Origin: Raja brachyura
Taxonomy: Eukaryota
Direction: 5' to 3'
Length of the DNA: 64,000 nt
NCBI GenBank assembly: GCA_963514005.1
Contig: OY740790.1
Location: 56,048,001 to 56,112,000 of the forward strand
The stretch's first letter is position 1. Each line of letters starts with the position of its first letter. The translations under genes were made by a program, and so were the position numbers. Below the pieces are notes generated by a model, which searched no databases, was not told the origin of the DNA, and saw nothing but the letters and a program-made list of their open reading frames with translations. This document shows positions 1 through 11,930 of this stretch, one piece after another.

Positions 1-251
1 CAAAGCAGCAGAGGTGCAAGATTGTAGTGCAATCTGAAGTAGGGCAAAAACCATTCATGTATAATAACAGAATAACTAAATGAGGCAGAAATAAGGGTAC
101 GTGACAGCACCTCTACAAAGGGGATATGAAAAAGGTAATTGAGTATGGTAACTGTGGAGATAGTTTTATTAGTTTAAATTTAAATAATTACATTGTACAC
201 AGAGAAATAGCACGGTATCGTGTTCTTGCAAAATGATGTTCGTTATCTAAA

Positions 252-1388
252 CATGGGCCGCGGAACCGCGGGGGCTGGGGGGGCTGCAGCCCCACCTCCC
301 CACTTGTTTAGCAATGTTTCTCCCGGGAGTTAGCGGCCAGGCCAGCGGATGTATTTTAGTGATCGAAACGGACGGTTCAGTGTCTGCAGGAAGCACCTAC
401 CTCACCCGTTACACACTGGAGTGGGTCAGCAACTCAGCGTGCTAGGGGCGGGCTGGCGGGCCGGTGAACGTGGAGGGGGAGGGGGTGGGGTGGAGGGAGG
501 GAGAATAGAGGCTTCCCACACTCACACACGGAGCCGTGTGGAAGCGAGCAACGGGAGGAGGGGCCCGCGCGGTCTGAGGGCAGGAGGTCAAGGGGTCGGA
601 CTAATGGAGAACACTGCTGAACAACCCAACCTTCCTGCTCCCATTTATAGAGGAATCAGGGGCAAAAAACACAGAGAGCTGCCATGCCAAACACTGGGTT
701 AGCCCGGATAGATTCCAGGTGTCAGCTCTAGTCTCACACCTGGAAGGATGACAATAGTTCATAGGGAAGCCAGAAAGGTCTCAGTCATGTGCAGACTCTC
801 GGGCTATTACGTTGCAGGGGAGGGGAGTAGGATACTGAGAGCATGTTCACAATCCTGTGGTAGAACAAACAAGGAGAAGTTGTTCCAAGAGATGTACACC
901 ATGGACTTCGGGCGATCACACCATAGTCAACGGCTGATGACAAACTCAACAGAGAGAACCTTCAGAAAGAGGGCTGGGCCTAGCACTGAAGGGGGAACCT
1001 TGTAAAAGTCTGGGAAGAAGGGCAAAGCAATAGGGGAGGTAGACACAAATGCTAGAGTAACTCAGTAAGGCAGCATCTCTGGTGAAAATGAATGGGTGAC
1101 GTATCGTCTTGGGTCAAAAATAATAATCACCTGCTCCTATCTCTCATGTACGCCCTACATTATCTTAAAATTACTTCAAACAAAAAACATTGAAATCATA
1201 CTTTGACAATGCACTAAAACATGATTTTAATACCTCAAATTTCAAAAAGTCCCTACCGTGGGTGGGTGTGTGCCGCCCTCCCACACCCTCCCACCGCTCG
1301 GTCGCTATGCATGCTCGCCGGGTACCCCGAGGCGGGAGATCAGTGATCGCTCAGCCCCGCCTCTTTCAAAATCGCTCAGCGGCCCCAG
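252..1388. mobile_element. Non-autonomous DNA transposon with 5-bp TSD (hAT5-like)
   Basis: Left end CATGGGCCGCGGAAC matches the reverse complement of the right end, CTGGGGCCGCTGAGC (11/15). CTAAA flanks both sides (247-251, 1389-1393). Subtermini are GC-rich. The family label is inferred from TSD length. Confidence 0.55.
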
Positions 1389-1859
1389 CTAAATTCAGAC
1401 ATCGGCAAAAGTAAATTGATGGAAGGATTGTGAAATGCAAGGTGTTGTTCAGCTTAACCAAATACAGGTGAGTGATTCTTGTCAGCTTTAGTTTGAAGGT
1501 CACTCAGAAAACCTTTCAGCATCTCGGCACTCCAATTCTTTCATCCTCTGCCATTAGGAGCTCCGGACTTCATTACGCTTATGGAACTCTCTTCCACTGT
1601 GGTTCTTTCACTTTGTTGTATTGCTAGGATTTCCCTTGCCTTGATATGTCACTCACACCTCCACTTGCTAGCAGCCCCTTACTTTTTCCTCCTTATTTTA
1701 ATTGGGTCTCTTTGTCTCCGATAACATTTAGATCCTCTCATCTCCCCGTGTCACCCCTGTTCTTCGCCTGGGGTGGCTTTCCCAGTTCCCAGCCAGGTGA
1801 ATGGCTGAGCAAAATCAAAACCGAGCTGCCTCAGAACAAAAAGAAGATGACAGATTGAG

Positions 1860-2385
1860 TCTTACTTGGCTTGGAATGTGTTTCCTGGAATAAGATATGC
1901 GAGGGTGAAGGATACGTGTGGAAGGAGAAACCAGATATAATCAGCTTAGAAGAGAAGCGCAGATGCGAGTTTGGTTAGCAGGGTTTAAAAATGTTTAAGA
2001 AAATAGATTAAGGGAGGGGCAGCATTACTAATAACAGAGGATCAGACAGTCATCAAAAGAGATGATTTATCCTCAAGATGAAAGGACTTCATTTAGTTGA
2101 AAACCAATGACATCAGTGTAGGATGATTTATAATTAGATATCCCTGAATACCTTCAGAACAAAAACATGATTCTGAACTATTTAGCAAACACTGTTAACT
2201 TAGGAGAGGAGAGTGCACTAATTACTGGCAACATTTAATTGCGAAGAAAAATATTGGAATGGTGGTACGTTTTACAAAAGGAAAGTTTTATAAAAGTTTT
2301 ACAAAAGGAACCGTTGCAGGATTTCTTGAAGTTGCCATATTAAAATGGAGATCCAGAAAGAATCTTGTTTGATCTGACAGTTCAG
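1860..2385 (+). mobile_element. Old degraded CR1 LINE ORF2 (endonuclease-region) fragment
   Basis: Purine-rich sequence resembling the CR1 APE region, with a GDFN-like remnant near 2227. Heavily decayed. Confidence 0.4.
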
Positions 2386-2435
2386 CTGTTGACACAAGAA
2401 GCAGGAATTCTGGCCATTGCAGTGTTGTTTTTGGT

Positions 2436-3085
2436 TTTGTTTAGAACTGCAGCATAGAAACAGGCCCTTCGGCCCACTGAGTCAACACTGACTATCGATC
2501 TCCTGTTCATTGTAGTTATATGTTATTCCACTTTCTCATCCATTCCCTACACATTAGGGGCAATTTATGATGGAGGCCATTTTCTGGATGTAGGAGGAAA
2601 CCCAGTACCTGGAGGAAACCCCTGTGGTCACAGGGACAATTTGTAAACTCTAAACAGACAGCACCCGAGGTCAAGATTGGATAGAGTGGATGTGGAGAGG
2701 ATGTTTCCACTTGTGAGAGAGTCTAGGACTAGAGGTCATAGCCTCATAATTAAAGGACATTCTTTTAGGAAGGTGATAAGGATGATTTTTTTAGTCAGAG
2801 GGCGGGTGAATCTGCGTACTTTTTTACCATAGAAGGCTGTGGAGGCAAAGTCAGTGGATATATTTAAGGCAGAGATGGATAGATTGTTAATCAGTGTGGT
2901 TGTAAGAGGATGTGGAAGAAGGCAGGAGAATTGGGTTAGGAGGGAAAGATAGATCAGCCATAATTGAATGGTGGAGTAGACTTGATGGGCTGAATGGCCT
3001 AATTCTGCTCCTATCACTTATGATCTTAAGATCTAGGATTGCACCCAGGTCTCTGGCAGTAGCTCAACCAGCTGTGCCACCGTGT
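2436..3085 (-). mobile_element. HE1/V-SINE interrupted by a CR1 3' fragment (about 2679-3028, + strand)
   Basis: AAACAGGCCCTTCGGCCCAC tail and V-domain core on the minus strand. The insert reads as the CR1 ORF2 end (GAGTCTAGGACTAGAGGTCATAGCCTC...) plus 3'UTR. Confidence 0.8.
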
Positions 3086-3366
3086 TGGCCTAAATGCAAG
3101 CCATCAATTATTTTTTGTAGCCGAAACCTGCAACATTTAGGGCTGTGCTGCTACACTGGGTGAAAATTGAATTGTCCACATGGCATCTTTCAGAATGAGA
3201 TGATTGACCCAGGCTTCATTTCTCCCCCTGGGTGGGTTAAATGATTCCAGGGTATTTTTATTGGTGAGTTCACTGGAGTATCCTGGATGATAGTCACCAT
3301 TGACCGAATGTTGCTAAACGGGATTATCTGGTTGTTAACATCTTGCTAGATTGGGAGCTTTCTATG

Positions 3367-3685
3367 CACCGTTGCGCAGCAGTGGAGTTGCTGCCCTACA
3401 GTGCCAGACACCTGGGTTTGATCCTGACTACAGGTGCTGTCTGTTTGCACATTCTCCCTGTGACCTGCGTGGGGTTTCTCCAGTAGCTCCAGTTTCCGCC
3501 CACACTCAAAAGTGGCAGGCTAATTGGCTTAGTAAAATTGTAAATTGTCTCTAGTGTGTAGGATAGTGTTAATGTATGGATCCTGTTTCTGCACTGTATC
3601 TCTAAACCAAACCAAACTAAACTAAACTAATCTAAACTAAACTAAACCAAACCAAGCTAAGCTAAACACAGCTAACCTAAGCTAC
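3367..3685 (+). mobile_element. HE1/V-SINE with (CTAAA)n tail
   Basis: tRNA-like head (GCGCAGCAGTGGAGTTGCTGCC...GGGTTTGATCC), V core (TTCTCCCTGTGACCTGCGTGGG) and microsatellite tail at about 3602-3685. Confidence 0.85.
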
Positions 3686-3687
3686 AA

Positions 3688-3920
3688 TGGCCTGTTTCCT
3701 TTATCATCCATACTTTTTTGCATATCTTTCATTCATTGTTCTTTATCTCTCCACATCACCATCTATATCTCTCGTTTCCCTGATCCCTAGCCAGTCTGAA
3801 GAAGGGTCTCGACCTAAAACGCCGCCTATCTCCTTCGCTCCTTAGAAGCTGCTGCACCTGCTGAGTTTCTCCAGCCTTTTGTGTACACTCGATTCTCCAG
3901 CATCTGCAGTTCCTTCTTTA
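3688..3920 (+). mobile_element. Penelope-associated terminal repeat (pLTR-like) fragment
   Basis: CTGAAGAAGGGTCTCGACC...GCTGAGTTTCTCCAGC...CAGCATCTGCAGTTCC motif, which recurs many times in the window and adjoins Penelope ORF remnants (e.g. about 32780-33390, 58250-58310). Confidence 0.6.
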
Positions 3921-6477
3921 ACATTTAACCTAAGCTAAATTTGCCTGCCATGTTTCCAGACATTAACTAGTGGGCAGAAGAAAATTTGAAGCACAGACAT
4001 CTTATGAACCAAATCCAGATACAGGAAAAGACTGTAGGATTCTTTGGCCTAGTTTTGGGAGTGAGATAGAAATAAGAGTATGTCAGCCTTATGCAATGGC
4101 TGGATATTGACCGATACAGACCTTGTGGCTGCATTTACTTAACTGGCATCGAAGCATTTTGAGAGACCCTGAGGTTGTGCACAGCCTTATAAAAATCCTT
4201 GTCATTTTTTTTTGCAGTACTGCTCTCAGCTTTAAGTGAAGATGGATCACCCAAATATACGCTGGTTGATTTCACCGTGCTGAAGTCATATCAGCAGGGT
4301 GGATGGAGAAATAACTGTTTCAAAAATAAACCCTTACATTGGAGAAAATACAGAATGAAAGGGGATATGTTAAGTGGTTGGACAGAGTAGAGGAGAGGAT
4401 TTGCAAAAGGAACAATCTTGGAAATTATTTGAAGAAATATAATGCAGAATTGCAAATAGACAAAGACAAAGTAATGAATACTAAGTTGCTAACCGAAAAC
4501 AAATGAAATCGCAGTGGATTTTGGAGGAAGGGGTTTTGACTGCACTCTCAACGTGGGCTATTGCTGCAGCAATTTTACTGCGAAATACAGTTCTTGCCAA
4601 TGCGGCACTTACAGTAATTACCACTTCTTTATATTTTCGATGTAATAGTAAACCTACCTTTAATAGGGTAGTCTTTGTAAGTGAAACCATTTGAGCCAAT
4701 CTTTGGATGGAGAATGATATTTGACTGAATTATTCTAGTATTTTATAATTGGTTTTTCCGAGGGTCAAATTGAATTTAGGAATTGGATTCTTCTGTATCT
4801 TGTTCTAATACTCCTTATCCATCACTTGTGCTATTCTCTTAATTATGAATTTGCTATATGTTGTTTCATTATTTTTCACTACTAACTCATTATTTGATGT
4901 GTATTCCTAAATCAATGGCCATTTACTGAAAAATGGTATGTCATATTTTCTATGATATATTTCTCCTGTGGATGTACTTTGTTACATTGCTTTCTCTCAC
5001 ACAAGGTATGAAACTGGTATTTACAACTCTGTTAAACTGCCTGACCAAGTTTTATTTATCAATAAAGTAAAAATCCTAGATCTGTACCAATGGGCATCAA
5101 ACTCCAGATGTCACACTCTATCGAATTAAATGATAAATCATGGATATAGATACCACAGATAGACACAAAGTGTTGGGGTAACTCAGCGGGTCAGACAGCA
5201 TCCCTGGAGAAAAGGGATGGACGGCGTTTTTGGGTCAGGACCCTTCTTCAGACTGAAAACAGAGGGGAGGGAACTGGAGAAAAGAAAAGGCCAGAACAAA
5301 GCAGGACCGGCAAATGATGACCAAGGAAGGGTGGAGCTCATAATGGCCCATTGTTGGCTGGGAAAGAGGTGATAACAAAGGGATACATGAATGCAAACAG
5401 TGGAACCTTTCTGTGAAGAGAAGGGCCCTGACCCGAAACGACACGCATTCTTTTTAAGGGGAACCACAAATAGAATGTGTTAAACATGGTTTGTGTAAAA
5501 TGGAATACTTTGTAACTTTGTCAGTGCAACTTATGTGGCAACTCTTTGCACACTTTGGGTATGCAAAGCAAAGAATAGCAGCGTGACTTGTCAGTTGCGA
5601 CAATAAAGCATCATTCATTCATTCATTCATCATTCCTGCACTCATTCACCAGAGATGCTGCCTAACTGATGGAGTAACTTCAGCACTTTGTGTCTATCTT
5701 TGGTATATACCAGCATCAGCAGTTCCTTCCTACCCAGAGGCATCACAGTTCTTTGCAGAACTTTGACGGAACTGCAAACAGATGCTTTTATTCCCTTCAA
5801 CCACTTCAAGTTGGTACTCTTCCAACCAACTACTGCTACTCTATCATTATCTCTGATTTCCTTCTGTGATTTTTCTCCCCTCTTCAATATCACCTTCACA
5901 ATCTTTTTGCCATCTCCAATTTTCACGCTTGGATCCTGTTCTCCCACTTATCGATTCCAGCTGGCTCTATTTCTCTTCTTCCTATCGTATCCAGCCACTC
6001 TCTTTCCTTCCACCTTTCCACTGCTGGTTCTCTTCCAACATTAAGTTCTTTTGTTGTCCCCTCCAGCCCTGCTGTTGACAATGCTCGATATTCATTCCAA
6101 CAACGGCTCTGCCGTGATTAAACACCACTACACGTCGGGGCTGGTAATCGTCGAGAGATCAAGCATTTCCAGCCAGCAGCAGAGAGGATCCGCGAGCGAC
6201 GTTGAAGGGGCATACCTTCGGAATAGCAATTAACCTTTGAATGAACTGAAGCACTGTTTAATTAACATCAATTAGATTTTGTAATCTAAACATCAACAAT
6301 TTAACAGCAAAATCATAAATTAGCCTCGAACATTCACTGCCACTTCAAAGCAAATTGGAAGTTTTAACCTGTTAGATCTCGCTCCCTTTTATGCCCATAT
6401 GCAATTTCTTTGGGTGGGACTCAGGAACCAGTGGAATATGTGCAGAACTGTAGAGAAATTAATTATTACTTAGACAT

Positions 6478-6780
6478 TAGACTTTAGAGATACAGCGTGG
6501 AAACAGGCCCTTCGGCCCACTGAGTCCGCGCCGCCCAGCGATACTACGTATACTAACCAACACAAACGAGGGACAATTTGACAACTTACCAAAGTCAATT
6601 AACCACAAACCTGTACCTCTTTGGAATGCGGGAGGAAACTGGAGCACCTGGAGAAAATCCACGTTGTCACAGGGAGAACGCACAAACACCATTCAGACAG
6701 CACACGTAGTCAGGATCAAACTCGGGTCAAACTCTGGTGTTGTAAGGCAGCAATTATCGATGCACCACTATGCCACCCCC
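6478..6780 (-). mobile_element. HE1/V-SINE
   Basis: Near full length. Tail TTTAGAGATACAGCGTGGAAACAGGCCCTTCGGCCC, V core and tRNA-like head on the minus strand. Confidence 0.9.
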
Positions 6781-7029
6781 ATTAAGGAAACAATGCTTCA
6801 TTTTAGATTGTTTCACTACCGGATACATTGACGAATAAATATTGATAAGGAGTCAGCTATGGTGGTAGCTAATTTAAAGTGCTCTAGAATATTTCATTCT
6901 TTACTTTTATTTTCAATTTTAGCTTGTTTATTTCAGCTAGTGGTTAGTGTTACCTGTGTTATACTACCATTGTTTATTGTTTTCTCCCAAGTCTGTAACA
7001 ATATCAAAAATTATGTATGTGAGAATGTA

Positions 7030-7370
7030 AATTGCTCGTTTCTAAGCTACCCCCCAGTCTAGTTTCAGTAAAAACACTAAATCAAGCACTTGAAACAACA
7101 AATCTTTATTTTAACAAAAGCACGTTACAGTTCAACTACTGTACCTATGCCACTGCGGGTTCGATCCTCATATGTGACTGTTCAAGTGCTCTAGGCCTCG
7201 CTCAGACAGAGACAATGTGGAAGTTCATGCAGTCCGAAGTGCTCTCCCAGAAGATTGACGCTGGACCTCGTGGTAGCGGACTTTTATATGTCCTGGGACA
7301 TTGAGGGGTTGAACCACATGGGGGTGGTGTCTTAATAACCCACAGATATGGATTAACCCCCTACATAACA
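7030..7370 (-). mobile_element. Possible solo LTR
   Basis: Minus strand starts TGTTATGTAG, followed by a TATAAAA box (about 7282-7288) and AATAAA (about 7105-7110) in LTR order. The far boundary and TSD are not resolved. Confidence 0.4.
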
Positions 7371-8205
7371 GACATTTCCCTAACCCAATAATACAACAGC
7401 TCAATACATTGCATTCAAACTGGACTTTGTAAGGAAGGCAACTTAGAAACATTTATCCTGATCTGCAGGAAACCCAGACAAGGCTCAATACGTCATGCAA
7501 CCAACACTCAGCAATGTCGAACTCTGCAACATTATTTACAATTATTTACAAGGTGTATGGCTGGTTTGCAGCCATCCAATCCATTCTATGCATTTTGCAA
7601 CTAATTGACAGGGTCTGCAGATGTTCTTAATCTTTGCTTGCAACTTGTATCTAGGCTCTAGACACACTGACACCTCACCACAGCTTGTCCCAGCTCTGCA
7701 GAGAGCAATTCCAAATTGACCAAATCTCCCTGCAGCCCTGAAGCTTTTACCCCATTTTAAAGTCCTATCCTCTAAAATTTAGCCAGGATTAGCAAGAACA
7801 TTTCCCATAAATTCTTCACACTTTAGACACTTTGGTACGTTAATCTGTAAAACATTTGTTTATTTCAAGTGAAAGCATGTAAGGTGAGAAATGGAATCCT
7901 AAACTACTATCTTTTATTCAGTAAAATTACCCTTAAAAGCTCTGTCTATGGTGTGCATGCATATTCATGAGAAAAGTTACTTACTGCAATGTTAGTGAAA
8001 GAGTACATTGCACATTGATGAGGAACATAGAAAGCAGGCGGATCCTGATAAAAAAGGACACAAAGTACTTGAGTAACTTAGCTGGTCAGTCAGCTTTCCT
8101 GGAGAACATAGATAGGTGACGTTTTGGGTCGGGACCTTTCTTCAGACCTTCTGAAGAAGGTTCCTGACCCGAAACGTCACCTATCCCGTATAGTTTAGTT
8201 TAGTT

Positions 8206-8749
8206 CAGGGGTTGGCAACATTGCTCTGCATAGGAGCCAGGACCCATGTCTGTGAGCGGATAGTGGGCCACCATAATTAATAAATAATTAATGATAATTT
8301 TTTTTAAATCGGAACAAAAATGTGACAAAAAAGACAATTAACCCCGCAACAAACTACAACTAAAGTGCAACACTGTGGCCGGAGCAGAATTCCTCACCAA
8401 CCCCGCTGATGCTTCCCTTTCCTCCAGCCCGTCCTCTGGGCTCCCGAGGAAACCGCTCCAGCAACGCCTTGCCGAAGCCGCTCTAAGCCCGCTTCAACTT
8501 CATACATGCCACGGCACCAGGATATGGGGCGCTTTCACTCCGAGTGGTCGGGAGGATGGAAGAGGAGGTGGGAGGGTAGGGACGGAGAGAGAGAGTGAGT
8601 TGACAGGTGTTGCGATATACGATTGTCTGTCTGTGTGTGAGAACTACTCTCGGATAAGTGTCATGTGTATGTTGTGTTACGCCTGGGGGCTGGATGACTG
8701 CGGGTTATGGACCGGATCTGGCCCGTGGGCCGTAGTTTGCCGATCCCTG
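8206..8749. mobile_element. hAT (Charlie-like) MITE
   Basis: TIRs CAGGGGTTGGCAAC and reverse-complemented CAGGGATCGGCAAAC. 8-bp TSD GTTTAGTT / GTTTCGTT (7/8). Confidence 0.85.
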
Positions 8750-9890
8750 GTTTCGTTTATTGTCAAGTGTATCGAGGTACAGTGATAAGCCTTTTTTGTT
8801 GTGTGCTATCCAGTGAGCATAAAAGACTATACGATTACAATCAAGCTGTCCATAGTGTAATGATATAGGATAATGGGAATAACGCAGTGCAAGGTAAGGT
8901 CCAGTAAAGCCTGATCAAAGTTAGCCCAAGGGTCTCCAATGAGGTAGATGGTTGCTCAGGACTGCTCTCTAGTTGGTGATAGGATGGTTCAGTTGCCTGA
9001 AAAAGCTTTTCACTGTACCTCAGTACACATGACAATGAACAAAACTAAACTGAACTGATCTGATAACAGCTAGGAAGAAACTATACCTAAATCTGGTGGT
9101 ATGCATATTCACATTTCTGTACCTCTTGCCTGAAGAGGGATGTCGGGGGTGAGATTCTTTGATTATGCTGGTAGCCTTGCTGAGATAGTGTGAAGTGTAA
9201 ATGGAGTCAATGGCAGGGAGGTTGGTTTGCATGATGGTCTGGGCTGGTTCATGGTTCTCCACAGTTCCTTGCGGTCTTGGATGGAGCTGTTCCCAAACCA
9301 TGCTGTGATGCATCCCAAAAAAGTGCTTTCTGTCGAAGTTGCTGAAAGTTGTTGGGAATATGCTAAACTTCCGAAGCCTTCTGAGGGGGTAGAAGCATTG
9401 GTATGCATTCCTGGACATTGCTCGATATGGCTGGGCCAGAACAAATTGCTGGTGATATTCACTCCTAGAAATGTGAAGCTTTCAACCGTCTCTACTTCAG
9501 CGGCCTCAATGTATACCGGGGTATGTGTTCCGCTTTGCTTCCTGAAGTCGATCACAATCTCCTTTGCCTTACTATCATTGAGAGAAACGTTGATGCCTTG
9601 ACATCAGGTTACGAGGTTCTCAATCTTATTCCTGTTCTCCATCGCTTCATTATTAGATATCTGGCCTGCTACGGTGGCGTTGTCTGTGAATCTGTAAATT
9701 GATTTGGATTTGTACTTGGCTGAGCAGTCGTGAGTGAATAAGGAGTAAAGAATGTGGCTGAGAACATATCCTTGTGGTGCAAGTGTTGAGGATTATCGTC
9801 GAGGATGATCTGCCCCCTATCCTCAGTGATTGTAGTCTGATGGTCAAGAGGTCAAAGATCCAATTGCAGAGATGAATGCTGACTTAGTGA
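8750..9890 (-). mobile_element. Rex1/Babar-type LINE, 5'-truncated and frameshifted RT/3' region with tail pieces
   Basis: Minus-strand ORFs read IDFRK...VETVESFTFLGVNITSNL.W..H, LRRLRKF, SKATSIIK and SSTIILNT, all typical of the Rex1/Babar RT C-terminal half. Confidence 0.85.
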
Positions 9891-9913
9891 CGCTTAGTGG
9901 CTGACCCACTAAG

Positions 9914-10943
9914 TAGGTATGCTACAAAACTTACCTTGAACAGTGCTGCAGTTCTGCCGCTCCCCGTGTGCGTGACTTTGGCGCCTTTCAGAGGGGGGCG
10001 GGCTTAAAGTGCCGTTTTTCAACAGACCTGGAAAATCGATGAATGTCGGGCGATTTCGTTGCGGAAGAAAAATCGCTCCGACATTTCATGAATGAAGGTA
10101 TTTTTAAATTACTCTAAACTATTTATTAACTAGAGTAATTTAAAAATCACCTTCAAAAGCCGTGAGCACTGACAACCGGAAGGATTTTGCGTAGGGGAGA
10201 AAAAAAGGTAGTTTATTTTTATATTAAAAGTTGGTTTTTCGGGAGGCTTTAATAATATTTTTATGTTGCGAAATGGGGTCCCAAAAAATGTATGAACAAA
10301 CAATATTTTTCCTCCCGACTTCACCGCTAACCGCAACGTTCCAATCCACCGCATTCCACTAAAACCCACTCGCTAGTTGATTTAAATGGCCATTAATTTA
10401 CAGGAATCAAACACTAAATTCCTTCCATTTGGCCCAGAAATTCATGAAAATGAGATTTAAAAATTATGTTATATTGTGGATTATTGTGTGAATGTTATTT
10501 GGACACTTAGGCAATTTTAAAAAAGTTTATCTTTTCTTAAGAAATGGATAGATGTTTAGATCTACTCATTGAATGTTGTAATTAGCTACAATTAGATAAC
10601 TAACTAATTATATGCTTTAATTTCAGGTCATCCAAGTAAGATTGTTTCATATTTGTTTCAGAATGCTTCAATCTATAATAACTGAAAATTTCATTGAGTT
10701 CTCTTAATTTTTAAGAAAGTTATGGGCTTTTAACTTTTCCAGATCACAGCTTTTGAGTTAAGTCAATTGAAAGGCAATGGGGAACAAGATGCTAATTTCC
10801 GAGTATGAAAATGGCCATAACTTTCTTAATACTGAAGATATGAAAGTAAATTAGGTGTCAAATTAAACTTCTTTTTATGCTTTATCTGATGGGATAAATT
10901 GCAGACTTGATTTTTTAAATCTCAAAATTTTGTAACATTGCTA
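9914..10943. mobile_element. Unclassified non-autonomous TIR DNA transposon, 7-bp TSD
   Basis: Ends TAGGTATGCTACAAAA and reverse-complemented TAGCAATGTTACAAAA (13/16). CACTAAG flanks both sides (9907-9913, 10944-10950). Confidence 0.8.
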
Positions 10944-11039
10944 CACTAAGTTGTGTCCTTTTACGTAAATCAGCATCTGCAGTTTTCTATTTTTACAGGC
11001 AGATCCTGATACCTGTCAGAACATAAAACTCATTTGTTT

Positions 11040-11930
11040 CATAGAAACATAGAAACATAGAAAAATAGGTGCAGGAGTAGGCCATTCGGCCCTTCGAGCC
11101 TGCACCGCCATTCAATGTGATCATGGCTGATCATCCAACTCAGTATCCCGTACCTGCCTTCTCTCCATACCCCGTGATCCCTTTAGCCACAAGTGCCACA
11201 TCTAATGCCCTCTTAAATATAGCCAATGAACTGGCCTCAACTACCTTCTGTGGCAGAGAATTCCAGGGACTTACCACTCTCTGTGTAAAGAATGTTTTCC
11301 TCATCTCGGTCCTAAAGGAATTCCCCCTTATCCTTAGACTGTGACCCCTTGTTCTGGACTCCCCCACATTGGGAACAATCTTCCAGCATCTAGCTTGTCC
11401 AAACCCTTAAGAATTTTGTAAGTTTCTATAAGATCCCCCCTCAATCTTCTAAATTCCAGCAAGTACAAGCCAAGTCTATCCAATCTTTCCTCATATGAAA
11501 TTCCTGACATCCCAGGAATCAGTCTGGTGAATCTTCTCTGTACCCCCTCTATAGCAACGATGTCTTTCCTCAGATTTGGAGACCAATACTCCAGGTGTGG
11601 CCTCACCAAAACCCTGTACAACTGCAGAAGAACCTCCCTGCTCCTATACTCAAATCCTTTCGCTATGAATGCTAACATACCATTTGCTTTCTTCACTGCC
11701 TGCTGCACCTGCATGCCTACTTTCAATGACTGGTGTACCATGACACCCAGGTTTCGTTGCATCTCCCCTTTTCCTAATCTGCCACCATTCAGATAATAGT
11801 CTGCCCTCATGTTTTTGCCACCAAAGTGGATAACCTCACATTTATCCACATTGTACTGCATCTGCCATGCATCTGCCCATTCACTCAGCCTATCCAAATC
11901 ACCCTGCAGCCTCCAAGCATCCTCCTCACA
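11040..11930 (-). mobile_element. Young 5'-truncated CR1 LINE (ORF2 C-terminus, 3'UTR and (CATAGAAA)n tail)
   Basis: ORF 11334-11963 reads LQGDLDRLSEWADAWQMQYNVDKCEVIHFG...LVRPHLEY...RRLRGDLIETYKI. Continuation RTRGHSLRIRG is in another frame. Octamer tail at 11040-11063. Confidence 0.95.

Noticed and set aside
1400-1473. Possible exon ending at CAG|GTGAGT (about 1467)
   Set aside because: No convincing acceptor or recognisable peptide. A lone donor motif is expected by chance.
4481-4699. Overlapping 63-72 aa ORFs in unique DNA
   Set aside because: No recognisable protein motif or splice context.
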